The position numbers and the translations under genes were made by a program. Positions 37,895-50,925 of a stretch of 64,000 nt of DNA are shown here, in pieces. Under the pieces are notes generated by a model. That model did not search any database and had not been told where the DNA came from. It saw only the letters and a list, made by a program, of their open reading frames with translations. The DNA is from Eledone cirrhosa. Taxonomy: Eukaryota. Numbering within the stretch: the first letter of the stretch is position 1; the number at the start of each line of letters is the position of its first letter. Where the stretch lies: the NCBI GenBank assembly GCA_964016885.1, contig OZ024740.1, positions 202,554,001 to 202,618,000 of the forward strand, read 5' to 3'.

Positions 37895-38730
37895 GGGAAA
37901 CACCAGGACTCTGGCTTTACTGTAGCACTGGCTCAGAGCAGGAGAGTTAAGGCTAAAAAGATATCAGATGTTGAATTTGCTGACGACATAGTTTTGGTGA
38001 CAAACATGGTGAAGGAGGCAGAAGAGTTGATGCAGGAGGTGGAGACTGTGTCGATGAGTGTGGGACTGAGAATGAATGAGATTAAGACAAAGTATCTGGT
38101 AGAGAACATTAAGAAGCCAGAGAAGATTATGAATGTAGGCAGGAAGCTGCTAGAGCTGGTTGAGGAATTCCTGTATCTGGGAGCAAAGATTAGGAATACA
38201 GAGAATGATGTGGTGAGAGGAAAAGCAAAGCCTGGGTGGCGTGCCACAGTTTGAGATCGGTGTGGAAGTTGGACCTTTGTAAAGACTTGAAGATCCGTCT
38301 CTTCATTGCTGTAGTGGAGTCTGTGCTGCTGCACGGGTCTCAGACTTGGACACTGACCAAGAAACTCACTCAGATGGTGGATGGGTGCTACATAAGTATG
38401 CTGAGGATGGCTCTGAACATTAATCAGTATATACTAAGGATGAAGAACTCGGAGCTGTATGGTAGCCTCCCTAAAGTCAGCTCGAAAGTAACACATAGGA
38501 GATTGAGGTTAGCTGGACATGCTCACCGACATCCAGAGTTGAACTGCACTCAGTGTTCCTGTGGGATACCCTACATGGACACACTAGAAGAGGGAGACCG
38601 GGGTTGACATATATTGATGCCCTAAGGACAGACACTGGTTTCTAGGAGACACAGGACATGGCGACAGGACAGAGACGACTGGAGAAAACTCATCCATGGA
38701 TCTCAGGAATTTTACCCGCCCTAGATAGAT
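37895..38730 (+). pseudogene. Degenerate RT fragment of a different RTE-group LINE (no PHD insert)
   Basis: SRR...DVEFADDIVL, GLRMNEIKTKYL, FLYLG, KIRLFIAVVESVLLHGSQTWTLTK, RRLRLAGHAHRH across frameshifts; ends in tagatagat. Confidence 0.88.
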
Positions 38731-39326
38731 ATATATATATAACTTACAAATAAATCATTTAAGATGATATATATATCATAAATATTTAGTTGATGTTTCT
38801 AATTAAACTGGTGAATTTCTACAAGGTCTGCTAGTTTCTCATAAAATAGTTTCCAATTTTCAAATAATTTTGAAAATAATAAAGAATTTGGAAGGATTTA
38901 GTAATATAACTATCTTTTTTCATTATTTATCTGCTGTTTGGAGCATAACTAAACAAAGGTTCTTACATAAAATGAAGGAAGGTTTTTAAGTAAATATAAA
39001 CACTTTAAAATAAACAGTTTTATACCAAAGAACCAAGGGTGGTTTTAGGGTGTTTGGTTTTAAAAGGATTCAAATAAGCAGTTTTATATCTTAGAACCAG
39101 GGCTGGTTTTAGGGATTTGCTATCAAAAGTGTGAAACAGCACTGATCACTTGTGTATGCAATACAGAATATATCATCATTTCATTTTACGTCCGTTTTTC
39201 CCTGCTTGCAAGGGTGATTGAATTTAATGGGGAATTAGTTGAAAAAAGTATTTGTTGAAAAAATAATGAAAATATTGTTTTCTTGCAGCCATATTATTAA
39301 GTATACAACAACAACAAATGTTTTAA

Positions 39327-39521
39327 CCCTTTAGCATTTACATTACTCTATATTTATTATTAGATTTTCACGATCAAGGCTTTGCCTCATATATCAAATC
39401 TATGAGATTTTGATATTATTTATTTTGAGAACAATACCTTAACATCAGTATGAGTGGCCGGTTTGAACAGAAAGAGATGAGAGAATACTGTCCGGATATG
39501 GCCGATTTAAATGTTAAAGAG
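39327..39521. mobile_element. piggyBac-like MITE, family A
   Basis: TTAA|CCCTTTAGCATT ... AATGTTAAAGAG|TTAA. Confidence 0.75.
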
Positions 39522-39606
39522 TTAAGGCCATCTTCCCTATTAACTATTAACAACTTGTAATGATTTAGCAGAAAATTTCTAAAAACAGGTTTGTTAATTT
39601 AATGAT

Positions 39607-39953
39607 GGAGGCACATGGCTTAGTGGTTAGAGCATTGGCCTTGCAATCGAAAGGTTGTGAGTTCAATTCTCAGACTGGGTAATGTGTTGTTTCCTTGAGC
39701 AAGACACTTTATTTCACATTGCTCCAGTTTACTCAGCTGTAGAAATGAGATGATAGGGACTGGGGTCCATATCATTCCACAGCAAAGTGATCGTGGAGGT
39801 GCCACGGCAAAAAAGCACCCAACCCACACTGCAAAGTGGACGTGGAGGTGCCACGGAAAAAAAGCACCCAGCACTCACTGTAAATGAGGTTGGTGTTAGG
39901 AAGGGCATCCAGCTGTAGAAATCAAGCCAGAATCAGTTCCCGTCCCACCCTTG
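39607..39953 (+). mobile_element. CORE-SINE with RTE-derived tail, last ~35 bp missing
   Basis: A box tggcttagtgg, B box gagttcaattc, CORE ccttgagcaagacactttatttcacattgctccagtttactcagctgtagaaatg, tail shared with the LINE at 13575-13741. Confidence 0.9.
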
Positions 39954-39957
39954 ACAT

Positions 39958-40380
39958 CAATATAACTTTAATATAACTTCAGTAATAACTTCAATATATT
40001 TTCAATATAGCTTCAGTACAACTTCAGTAATTACTTCAATATATTTTCAATATAACTTCAGTACAACTTCAGTAATCGCTTCAATATATTTTCAATATAA
40101 CTTCAGTACAACTTCAGTAATTACTTCAATATATTTTCAATATAACTTCAGTACAACTTCAGTAATAACTTCAATATATTTTCAATATAACTTCAGTACA
40201 ACTTCAGTAATTACTTCAATATATTTTCAATATAACTTCAGTAATCGCTTCAATGCAGTTTCAATATAACTTCAGTACAACTTCAGTAATAACTTCAATA
40301 TATTTTCAATATAACTTCAGTACAACTTCAGTAATCGCTTCAATGCAGTTTCATTACAACTTCCATACAGCTTCAATAAT
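39958..40380. repeat. 45 bp minisatellite built of 11-12 bp acttca subunits
   Basis: atattttcaa recurs at 40041, 40086 and 40131. Confidence 0.9.
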
Positions 40381-41284
40381 AATTGTCTTTCTGTAAACAA
40401 TGAACATAGTGTTAAAATTGATATAGTTTCAGTACAGCTTCAATAATAATTGTTCTTCAAAAACAACAAACATAATGTTGACATTAATATAACATTTATG
40501 ATAATGTTCACTGAAAAAATAATAAATAACCAAGTATTTTTGTGATTTGTTTATAGTTTTCTCTGTGTTCCTAATATTTCAAAGTTCACACAAGATGTAA
40601 AAATCTATAACCATATCCTGATAACATTTGGATGGGTGTTTAGCACTGCTAGTAGAGACATTTGATGAAACTCTGTAGAAAGCAGATTATATCAGTGATA
40701 ACTTGATGATGATGACTGTGTTGTTGTTGTTTATTCATATTGATATATTTCATTAACTCTTTCATTACCATATTTCTAATGAAAAACACTGCTGCCTATG
40801 ATTTTCACATAATTTTGAAAATAATCAAGAATTTTGAGGGATTTAATAGTCTAATCATTATTAATCTGGTGTTTGAAGTATAGCTTTAAAATGTTTCTTA
40901 CATGAAATTATAATGAAAGGTTTTTAGATAAACATAAAAAATAAATTTAAACATTTTGGTGTAATTTCTAATGTAAGACACTGTCAATGATTTTCAAATA
41001 ATTTTGAAAATAATCAAGAATGTGTGAGTGTCAATTTAAAACAAGCAGTAATGCTTGTTTATATCCCACATAAACAAAATATCCCACTCTGTCGCAGTTT
41101 GATGAACATGAGTGGTATATATCGTATGTATAAAATGAAGTATGGGTTGGCATTAAAAAGGGGGTATTTGGCTGTAGAAAAACTGACTCAAAAAGCCCCA
41201 TCAAACTCATGCAAAGAAAAGTGCATGCAAGAATGATGATGATGAGGTGGATGATGGTATCAAGACAAATATTTTCAGTGATAA

Positions 41285-41620
41285 ATGGTAAAAGGGTAAA
41301 GACCCCCTTCGGTCATGAATGACCATGGGATTTGCACCTAGAAAGTTTCCCCTCTGAGACACAGGTCTAGGCAAGGTGTGTTTGTGAAAGACCAGCAGTC
41401 GCCCATGTATGCCAGTCTTCCCTCTCCCACAGATGTTATCCAAGGGAAAGACAATGGTTGATACAGCTTGACACCAGTGATGTTGCAACTCATTTTTACA
41501 GCTGAGTAAACTGGAACAACATGAAATAAAGTGTCTTGCTCAAGAACACAATGCAAAGCCCAGTCTGATAATCAAACTCACAACATCACAATTGCAAGCC
41601 CAATGCTCTAACCACTAAGG
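41285..41620 (-). mobile_element. CORE-SINE with an alternative body/tail
   Basis: Same head and CORE as 39607 in reverse, but a different 3' half ending ...gggggtctttaccctttt. Confidence 0.75.
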
Positions 41621-42287
41621 CCTTAAAAAAAGGAGAAAAAAACATTACTTGTAAGTTGAGTGAGTTTTTTCTATTTATTGGACCTTTAGACCAGTGAAAA
41701 CCAACTTTGGTGTAATGAAACAAAACAACCCATTTTAAACAATACCTATTTAATTTTAAATCTTGCAACATGATTTTATATAAAAACCATATGTTACTAC
41801 ATTAGTAATTAAAAAATTACTAATTTCAATAAATTCCTTAAAGCTTTCCATTAATTAATGGAAAGAGAGTGCGTATCATTAGCCAGGAAAAGGTTAATAT
41901 CGTTAATAATGATTGACAGATACAAATTAATTGTCTCTATTTTGATGGAAAAATTAATTATTTTGAAACCTTGAGCATAGCTAATATATTTTTGTTGACA
42001 TGAAGACTAAGGTTTACGATAATGGATCTCTCTGGCCACATACACACACATGCTTTTTCCTGTGGATTTGTTATCATCTATCTGAACACCATAGCTTGTC
42101 TATACCTTCTGTTCAAAATTAAATTATTAATTGCCACTATGGAACAGCTAACTCATTTTCTATATTATTGGGTATTGATCAGGTTAACTTAGATATATTG
42201 ATTGGCGCAGTCTTTGTGCAATATGACTTCGATAAATTCCAAACTTATCTGTGTTACATATAAATGTTTATATATATATATATATAT

Positions 42288-42480
42288 GAGTCCCGGGTTC
42301 AATCGGGGGTAACTACAGTCAGTAAGGTACTCAATACATTAGTAGAGTGTAAACATCATGTTTAATATAGAAATGGCTTCTACAGGACTAGAACTATTTC
42401 ATTCAAAAGAAGTCACCAGATGATTTCTTTTCAATGAAACAGTTCTAGTCCTGTAGAAGCCATTTCTAATTAAACATGAT
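42288..42480. mobile_element. Probable Penelope-like terminal fragment in (TA)n with a ~60 bp-arm inverted repeat (42355-42480)
   Basis: Palindrome visible directly; hammerhead-like core at its centre; family assignment is inference. Confidence 0.6.
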
Positions 42481-42604
42481 ATATATATATTAATGTGATC
42501 ATATTAAACTAAAAACCTACCATTATAATCAGAAAGTTTGTTATATTTCTAAATCCCTTCAATTTTTTTATTATTTTAAAAATTACTTAAAAATCACAGG
42601 CAGT

Positions 42605-42990
42605 CATCATCAGCATCATTGTACGTCCGCTTTTCCCTGCTTGCAAGGGTGGGACGGGGACTGATTCTGGCTTGATTTCTACAGCTGGATGCCCTTCCTA
42701 ACACCAACCTCATTTACAGTGAGTGCTGGGTGCTTTTTTTCCGTGGCACCTCCACGTCTACTTTATAGTGTGGGCTGGGTGCTTTTTTGCCGTGGCACCT
42801 CCACGACCACTTTGCAGTGGAATGATATGGACCCCAGTCCCTATCATCTCATTTCTACAACTGAGTAAACTGGAGTAAAGTGAATTAAAGTGTCTTGCTC
42901 AAGGAAACAACACATCACCCGGTCTGAGAATTGAACTCACAACCTTCGATTGCAAGGCCAATGCTCTAACCACTAAGCCATGTGCCTCCA
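42605..42990 (-). mobile_element. Full-length CORE-SINE with RTE-derived tail
   Basis: Reverse complement of 39607-39953 plus complete tail caagcagggaaaagcggacgtacaatgatg; inserted in a family-B MITE. Confidence 0.9.
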
Positions 42991-43714
42991 TCCAGTGTAT
43001 TTTGAAATTTAAATGATAATCAATTTTCGTGTCTTAAATTAAAAATATGGTATGAAAGGGTTAATTATATATGTTTGAGTATACCACTGTTATAAATGTC
43101 GAAAGAAATACTTGAGACAGCCACATAGTACATGGAAAACAATACCATTATATCAATTATGTCAGAGTCACGTCCAAGGCATGACTACATGGAAAGGTGG
43201 GTAGAAAGATGATCAGGATAGTTGTGGTGATGGGGGGGGGGGGGGGGGGTAGGCTTCATGTTGATGACAGTGGGGTGGTTGTGGTGGTGATGATGAGGAG
43301 GATGATAAACATAATAATAATGATGATAGAAGTGATAATGTTGATGATGGTGGTTGTGGTGGGGTGATGGCAAGAATGGTGATGGTGGTGATGATAATGG
43401 TAGTTATGAGCTTTATGTTTATGATGATGATGTTGATGCTAGTAGTTAGCTATTATTACCCGTGTAATATGGGGTGGAGGCATAAATAAAAATCTCAACA
43501 AAGGACGGGTTTTTTTTCAAATAATAATTAACTTTTATATTATTGATTTTCTTCTCTATCATCAAACAGAAGACAGAAAACTATTGATTAATGAATTATT
43601 GATGAGTTGTTCAGTTAACCCTTTTAATACCAACCTGTCCAAAACTTTGAAACAAAATTACCCATTTCAAAGTGTTTTTATTTAAATTTAAATATTATAT
43701 AAATTCATATATCC

Positions 43715-44003
43715 TAGTAGGCACCTCCTAACCACTATACCCCTACCTACCCACTCCTGCCCAAACCACCTTTACACTGTGAACAAAACATACCCAGCCT
43801 ACACCATAAAGTGGTCATGTAGGTGTCACGGCAAAAAACACCCATCACACACTATACATGTGTTTGGCATTAGGAAGGGCATCCAGCCGTAGAAACCTAG
43901 CCAGAAACAGTCCTGTATGCATAAGACATGGTCACCAGACCCAACGTACCTCAAATGGGACGACCCATTTAACCCACATTAGCGTGGAAAATAGATGTTA
44001 AAC
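43715..44003 (+). mobile_element. RTE 3'UTR fragment with (GAT)n tail
   Basis: agtaggcacctc...ttaggaagggcatccagccgtagaaacc...gttaaacgatgatgat. Confidence 0.8.
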
Positions 44004-46387
44004 GATGATGATGATGATGATGACGTTCTAATATAAATGTTCTAATATAAATTTATATAAAAACCATATATTAGTAATATCTTAGTAACATTTGGTACCT
44101 AATCACAGATTTTCCAGCCCTCCTATCTCTTTCTACTACCCAGATCTATATAAACTTATATAAAAAAAAAAAAGTCTGATCCCACCACAGGACACAAATG
44201 AAGTGATCAAGTTGAAACTCAAAGTCACTGACAATTTTATATGCAGTAAATAAAATTTACACTTTACCTACAAGTATTGAGAGCTCATTCAGTTAATGTT
44301 GGTATTTTAAACACACATTCTAAAGAAATGATTAATAACTTTAGTAAGTTCCTGAAAATTAATTAATTGAAATAGTGTATTTGATGAGAAGTTCAGTCAC
44401 CAGGTTAACTATGAAAGGGATGTTAGCAGTTCAATGGAATGGTTTGTGCCTTGACAGAATGAGATCAAATTCTGCTGTGGGCTGTGTATTGTCCTTCACG
44501 TTCATCAGTGTGTGGTACATTCAACCATAACATTATAGAATGTTGATGTACTTCATTTTATTTCAGGTGATTCATCCTCCCAACACTAATTTCTTCTTGT
44601 TTTTTCTGTTCCTATCCACTTCAGTGGTGAATTGGTAGAAATGATCAAAGACAAATTGCCTTGTTGTTTTGTTCCAGTTCTCAACACACTGAGTTCAAAT
44701 CCTGCAGAGGTCAACTTTGCCTTTCATTCTTTTGGTGTTTGATAACATATTAGAGGGTGGTGGTTTGTCAGGATTGTTGGATCATTGAAGAAGATGCCTT
44801 GTGTTATTTGTTCCAGCTCTTTATGTTCTGAGTTTCATAATCTATCATCCAGGTCATTGAGTACTTTTAGTAGAACCCACTCTGTTGCAAACATTTAGAT
44901 CATGTGCCAAACTTAAAGACATCTCTCACCACCCTCAGTATCAGAAGCCCTGAATAGGCTCATGTCTCCACAAAAAAAGTAAAAAACAAATTTCTTCTTT
45001 CTTTTAGTTCTTATGTTCTTAGCTAAAAACAGTTGTTAGAGTGTAGGACAAAATGCCTGGCAGTTTTTCTTTAGGTTCTTTATACTCTGAGTTCAAATCC
45101 CACTGAGATCAAAATTATCTTTCATCCTTGTATTCATAATATTTACATATGTACCAATCCTGAGTGGTAGATTCACCAAATTGTTAAAGTGGGTCTTACA
45201 GTATTTATTCTGGCTCTTTGTGTTCTCAATTCCTGATTTGTGATTGTTTTTCTAACAAAATAAACTGTATTTCAATTAATTAATTAAAGAATTTTGAAAG
45301 ATTTACTAAAATTATTATTTCATATGATTCTTATATAAAATTGTCAGAAAATTTCAATTTAGATAGAAACCCTTTGTTTCATAAAACCAGAGTTGGTATT
45401 GAAAACATTAATAACACGCTTGGTACCTTGAGTGTCTTTAGCAGAGACTACTCTGTTACAAACATTCAGGCCATGTATCCACCCACCAGGCGCATAGCCC
45501 TGAAAAGGTACTGCCCTTCACTCAATACCGTCTTACATTAGAAAGTTCATTGCTGTTTTGTACTTTTCTGGAATGTCTTGCTGTTGTCTTTTCATGTGAT
45601 ACAGGTAATTCAGTTAATAATGAAATCTATTTGATTGAATTTTTAGACAGTTGTTTAATTAAAGTTGATTTTTGTGTTTCCACTACCACCACCACCACTA
45701 TCATCATTATCAGTGGCTTGTTGAGTGTCTTCCTGTAAACATGAGTGTCTTCCTGTAAACATTGGGTAACTTCTGTGAGGACAACTCTCTGCCTCACAGT
45801 AAAACAATGCCTCCTCCTGACAGCATGGATGGACGCAATAATAAGGTGATGTTGTAGGAATGTATGAGATCAATAAAAGCCAGACTATTTAAAATGTCAC
45901 TGTAACAGTGATTGATTGTATTACTATTTTCTTTTTATTTGTTTTTTTTAAATTCTTTTCAGAATTAAGAAACTCCATGTTCCCCCAAAACCTTCCCCTT
46001 GGGACACAGATTTTGAAAATCAAATCTGTTTTTTTTTTTTAGGAAGCACTGTTTCAGAGCCTTTCAGCAACATACACACATACGCTCTCAAATATATTGT
46101 AGATATTTGATATCTAATCTAAGACATGTATTACATACTTGATGTCTATAAGACATATTTTATCTGACTTTATTCTAAGAGGTGTTTTATCACCATCACC
46201 ATGTATTGACTTCTAATTATATATATTAACTCCCAGCCTAAGACATATATATTTGACTTCATTCTAATTTGTTTATCATCACCACCATCATATATCTAAC
46301 TTGTAATTATATATTTAACTCCTAGTCTAAGACATGTCTAATATTTTAATCCCTACAGCCCCCCCCCCCCCTCACTAAATAAGACTT

Positions 46388-46882
46388 AACAATAACAATA
46401 ATTAACTACTACTACTACCACCACAATTATCACTGCTACTACTGTTACTGTTGCTACTACTAAAGCCCCCACCGTCACTACTACTACTATTACCACCACC
46501 ATTATCATTACTACTGTTACTGTTGCTACTACTATTACAAACCACCACCATCACTACTACTACAACCACCACCATCACTACTACTACTACCACCACCACC
46601 ACTACAACTACCACCACCGTCAGTACTACCACCAACAACGTCACTACTACTACTACCACCGTCACTACAACTACCACCACCACCACTACTACTACTACTA
46701 CTACAACCACCACCATCACTATTACTACTACAACCACCACCGTCACTACTACTACTACTACTACTACAACCATCACCGTTGCTACTACTACCACTACCAC
46801 CACTACCACTACTACTACAACCACCACGACTACTATTACTACTACTACTACTACTACAGCCACCACTATCACTACTACTACA
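46388..46882. repeat. (ACT/ACC)n trinucleotide tract
   Basis: Directly visible; source of poly-T/V ORFs. Confidence 0.93.
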
Positions 46883-47981
46883 TCAGTGTTTTAGCTCTGG
46901 TTAGTTTGTACTGTGTATGTAGATACATTCCCTATCTGCTCTTCCATTTGGTTAATAAGGAGAGCCTTGACCTGAATACCTCTTTGACCTGACTGGCTAT
47001 CAGCTATCTTCCCACCATGCCCACCACTCTCTACTGCTAGAGCAGCCACTACTAACTAATTACTATTAACAACTACATCATTGATGATTAACCTGGCACA
47101 TATACACACACACACATACATACATGCATACAACCAGCCACACTTTTACATACACACAAACACCCACACACACACATGCACATTCAGCCAGCCACACTTT
47201 TACATACATACACACGCTCACATACACACACATCCGGCCACACTTTTACATACACACAAATACTCACATACAGCCACACTTTTACAGACACACACATACT
47301 CACATACAGCCACACTTTTACTTACACACAAACACTCACATGGCCACAATTCAACACAATTATACACACACACACATACAGCCAGCCACACTTATACATA
47401 CATGCATATAAACATTCACATAGCCACAATTATACACACACTGTTGCACAGTCTCACACACACACACATTGATGCACACACTAACATGCACGCACACATG
47501 CACACACACACATTTTCCTCTTACAAACATTCTTTGTCCTTGCTCAACTTTGTTTTCTTTTATTTATGTTTATTTTTAAATTCTTTCAATATTTAATTAC
47601 TTCTGTTAATTCCACTTTAAATTTCAGCAACAATTAATAGACTTAATGAGTGGATTGTTTCTAGAAAACCTTCATTTATTTTTAGATAGATTCTTCTTAG
47701 GCTCAACAAATATAATGCTTTAAAAAAAATTATTTTATTTATTGAAAGAATTTTGCTTCTTCTGATCCAAGTGGTGTGTTGTGGTCTTGAGCAAGACGCT
47801 TCATTTCACATTGCTTTCCATGGTAGAACTGGGGGCTCTGTTCTTAAAACACCTAAGAGATCTCATAGGGGGCCAGTTAAACCTGTGTAAATGTGAGCTG
47901 TAAATTTCATTTTATTTTTTAATATCATACTGTATTTCCCTGCTATCATATATCACATAATACAAAATCCATAACATTGCA

Positions 47982-48079
47982 TTTCTTTTTCTTCTTTTTT
48001 TCTTTTTCTTTTTCTTTTTCTTTTTCTTTTTCTTTTTCTTTTTCTTTTTTTCCTTTTTTTTTCTTTTTTTCTTTTTTTC

Positions 48080-48110
<31 letters not shown>

Positions 48111-48345
48111 TTTTCTTCTTCTTGGGAGGGTCAGGGGGGCAGAATCCTCAAGCACACCTTCCAGTGGGTCCTGTCAGAAGTAACTGTCTCTAATTGATCT
48201 GGCTGGATCCCCAAGTGAGTCCAGCCAAGCTCATGGATGTTATCCAACCATCTTACTTGGGGTCTACCCCTGGGTCTCCTGCTGATTGTTTTTTCCTTGT
48301 AAAACCTGTCCAGCAATTCTTTCCTAGGTCATTTTAACCACATGG
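47982..48345 (-). mobile_element. 3' end of a Rex3/Expander-like RTE LINE with (GAAAAA)n tail
   Basis: RRPRGRPQVRWLDNIHELGWTHLGIQPDQLETVTSDRTHWKVCLRILPP resembles the recalled Rex3 C-terminus (RPRGRPRTRW...LAWERLG...LLRLLPPRP). Confidence 0.75.
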
Positions 48346-48457
48346 TGCAGTGGTGTTTAAAAAATGTTTTAAAAGTGTTTATATCTAAAATAAACTTCCA
48401 TCATAATTTCTTTATGTAAGAACTTTTAAGTTATGTTCCAAATATCAGTTTAATAAT

Positions 48458-48645
48458 TGTTTCTACTTTTGGCACAAGGCCAGCAATTACCCAGTGCATT
48501 ACTGGTACTTTATTTTATCGACCCCGTAAGGATGAAAGGCAAAGTTAACCTCGGCGGGATTTGAACTCAGAATGAAAAGAACCGTAACTCTATGCATCAA
48601 AGCATGGCGTCCGACCCTCTACCGATACTGCCAATCCACCGCCCT
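48458..48645 (-). mobile_element. Meta-type SINE with 18 bp target-site duplication
   Basis: aaatatcagtttaataat at 48440-48457 and 48646-48663. Confidence 0.92.
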
Positions 48646-49387
48646 AAATATCAGTTTAATAATGAAATTACTAAATCCTTCCAAGTTCTTGATTATTTTT
48701 GAAAGTAAATAGGTTATAGTAGGTAAATAAATGAAAAGGTATAAATATATAAATATTTATTGAATCCACGACTTTATAATCATTAGTTCAACACCCTAAC
48801 CACTAGACTACATGCCTTCAATATTGCCCTCTTTGTGATTACACCATAACTGAATGATTAAGAAGTTTACTTTGCAATCATAAGGTTCTGGAGAAGTGTT
48901 ATTTTACGATAGTTTCAGGTGGAAATATACCTCTGTAGTGAAATTAGATTAACAGAAATTGTTCAGAAGTCTGTCAGATTGACACTACCTGTAATTCAAA
49001 GGGTCAAACTTGTCAGATTTCTCTAGTTCTGCAATTAAAAAAACAACTTTGTTTTAAAGTGGTTCTATTTATTTTAAAAAAAATCTTTTCATCATAATTT
49101 TAGGTAAGAAGCTTTGTTAAGTTATGTTCAAAACACCAGTTTAATAATGAGAAAGTTAGTCATACTACTATAGCCTTAGACCAATTAATGCCTCATCAGT
49201 GAATTTGTTAAACAGGAGCTTTGTATATGTGTATATGTATGTGAATGCCTGTAAGCCACTGCAATCGTTCTCTTATTGACATTTAAAAGCAAACAGTGAT
49301 GCTTGTTTATGACAACCATAATAGTTAGTCCTACAGCTTAGCTATTCGATGAACCTCAGCAGTATATACCATACTTTAAAAAATAAT

Positions 49388-49568
49388 TGTTTCTACTTTT
49401 GGCACAAGGCCAGCAAATTACCCAGTGCATTACTGGTACTTTATTTTATCTACCCCGTAAGGATGAAAAGCAAAGTTAACCTCGGCAGGATTTGAACTCA
49501 GAATGGCAAGGGCTGTAACTCTGTGCGTCAAAGCATGGCATCCGACACTCTACCGATACTGCCAATCC
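49388..49568 (-). mobile_element. Meta-type SINE with ~20 bp target-site duplication
   Basis: accatacttt(a/g)aaaaataat at 49368-49387 and 49569-49588; empty paralogous site at ~53090. Confidence 0.92.
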
Positions 49569-50277
49569 ACCATACTTTGAAAAATAATAAAGTATGGATT
49601 GGCATCATGAAGGCCATTAGGTCATTGAAAAACTGCCTCAAAAGCTGTTATCTAATTCATGCCAGTATGGAAAAGTGAACATAAAAATTATGATGGTGGT
49701 GGTAGTGATCCTAGATTTTCTATTTGATCTGTTTATATCTAGAATTACATTTTAGTCTGGTTTACAGTTGATATTTTCACTATTTCGAGGTGAAATCTTT
49801 TACCATCATCAAGAGATTATTGTATATACAGTTACTGTATGTAGTTTACTCTTTATTTTATTCTATTTTATATCAGACTGTTAATTCAGCTGTTCTGAAC
49901 AGCTTGCTTTTTCTTAAATTAATATTTTTGGGATAATTATAATTTGTTGTTATAAATAGTTTTACTTAGGACCTAGCATCTGAACAACCAGAAGTGTATT
50001 TTCTTACTCCTGTGAAACTCTAAGCAATGCAGTTCTAAGTCAAATTTCATATGCCCAAATTATTTCATTTCTTTTTAATCTTTTACTGGTATCAATCATT
50101 AGACTGCAGCTTTACTGGTGCACCACCTTAAGGGGATTTAGTCAATCATATCGACCCCAGTACTTATTTGATCATGTTTAGTACTTAAGTTTATTTATTT
50201 TAGTAATCTCTTTTTATTGAACCACTAAGTTACAGAACATAAATACAAACACTGGGACTCATACACACACACACACA

Positions 50278-50313
<36 letters not shown>

Positions 50314-50432
50314 AAAGGTAAACAGAAATAACAACACAATCGGTACAGTATATGGAAGGAATATATTAGTTTAACACTTGAAATAGCAGGAAGAGGGTCT
50401 TAATGTTTCAGTGTATATATATATATATATAT

Positions 50433-50925
50433 GACCTAGAAAAACATGGGATGAGCTGATAAACTCCGACCTCACACACTTACATCTCTCCAAGACAATG
50501 TCACTGGACCGAGACCTTTGGCGGTACTCAGTAACAGAGAAGACCCGCCTTGCCAGTAGGCATCTCTAACAAAATACACCCCGTCCCACCACCACCCCCA
50601 CCCCATCCACACCACCCCGTTCTATGTAAAGTTATGTTGGTGCCGCGCCATCCAGGCCGAAACAAATGAGATCGTGTAGGTGTCACGACAAAAAAACACA
50701 CAGTCCACGCTGTAATGTGGCCGTGTAGGCAACACGGTAAAAACCTCCCAGACCCACACTCTGTAAATGTGGTTGGTGTTAGGAAGGGCATCCAACTGTA
50801 GAAAACCTGCCAGACAGTCCTATGCGAGCAAGACAATCACTCTTGCCTCAAGTGGGACTACCCCCGTCCAAACCCATGCAAGCGTGGAACACGGACGTTA
50901 AACGTTGATGATGATGATGATGATA
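50433..50925 (+). mobile_element. Short 5'-truncated RTE LINE 3' end
   Basis: Near-identical to 37292-37810 except a deletion over the stop codon; starts in (TA)n and ends in (GAT)n. Confidence 0.92.

Noticed and set aside
39607-39690. tRNA genes at A/B-box heads
   Set aside because: The heads continue into SINE bodies and do not complete a cloverleaf.
45436-45604. Possible host exon (ag...acag|gtaatt, open frame)
   Set aside because: No recognisable protein similarity; splice-like signals alone are insufficient. RNA-seq would decide.
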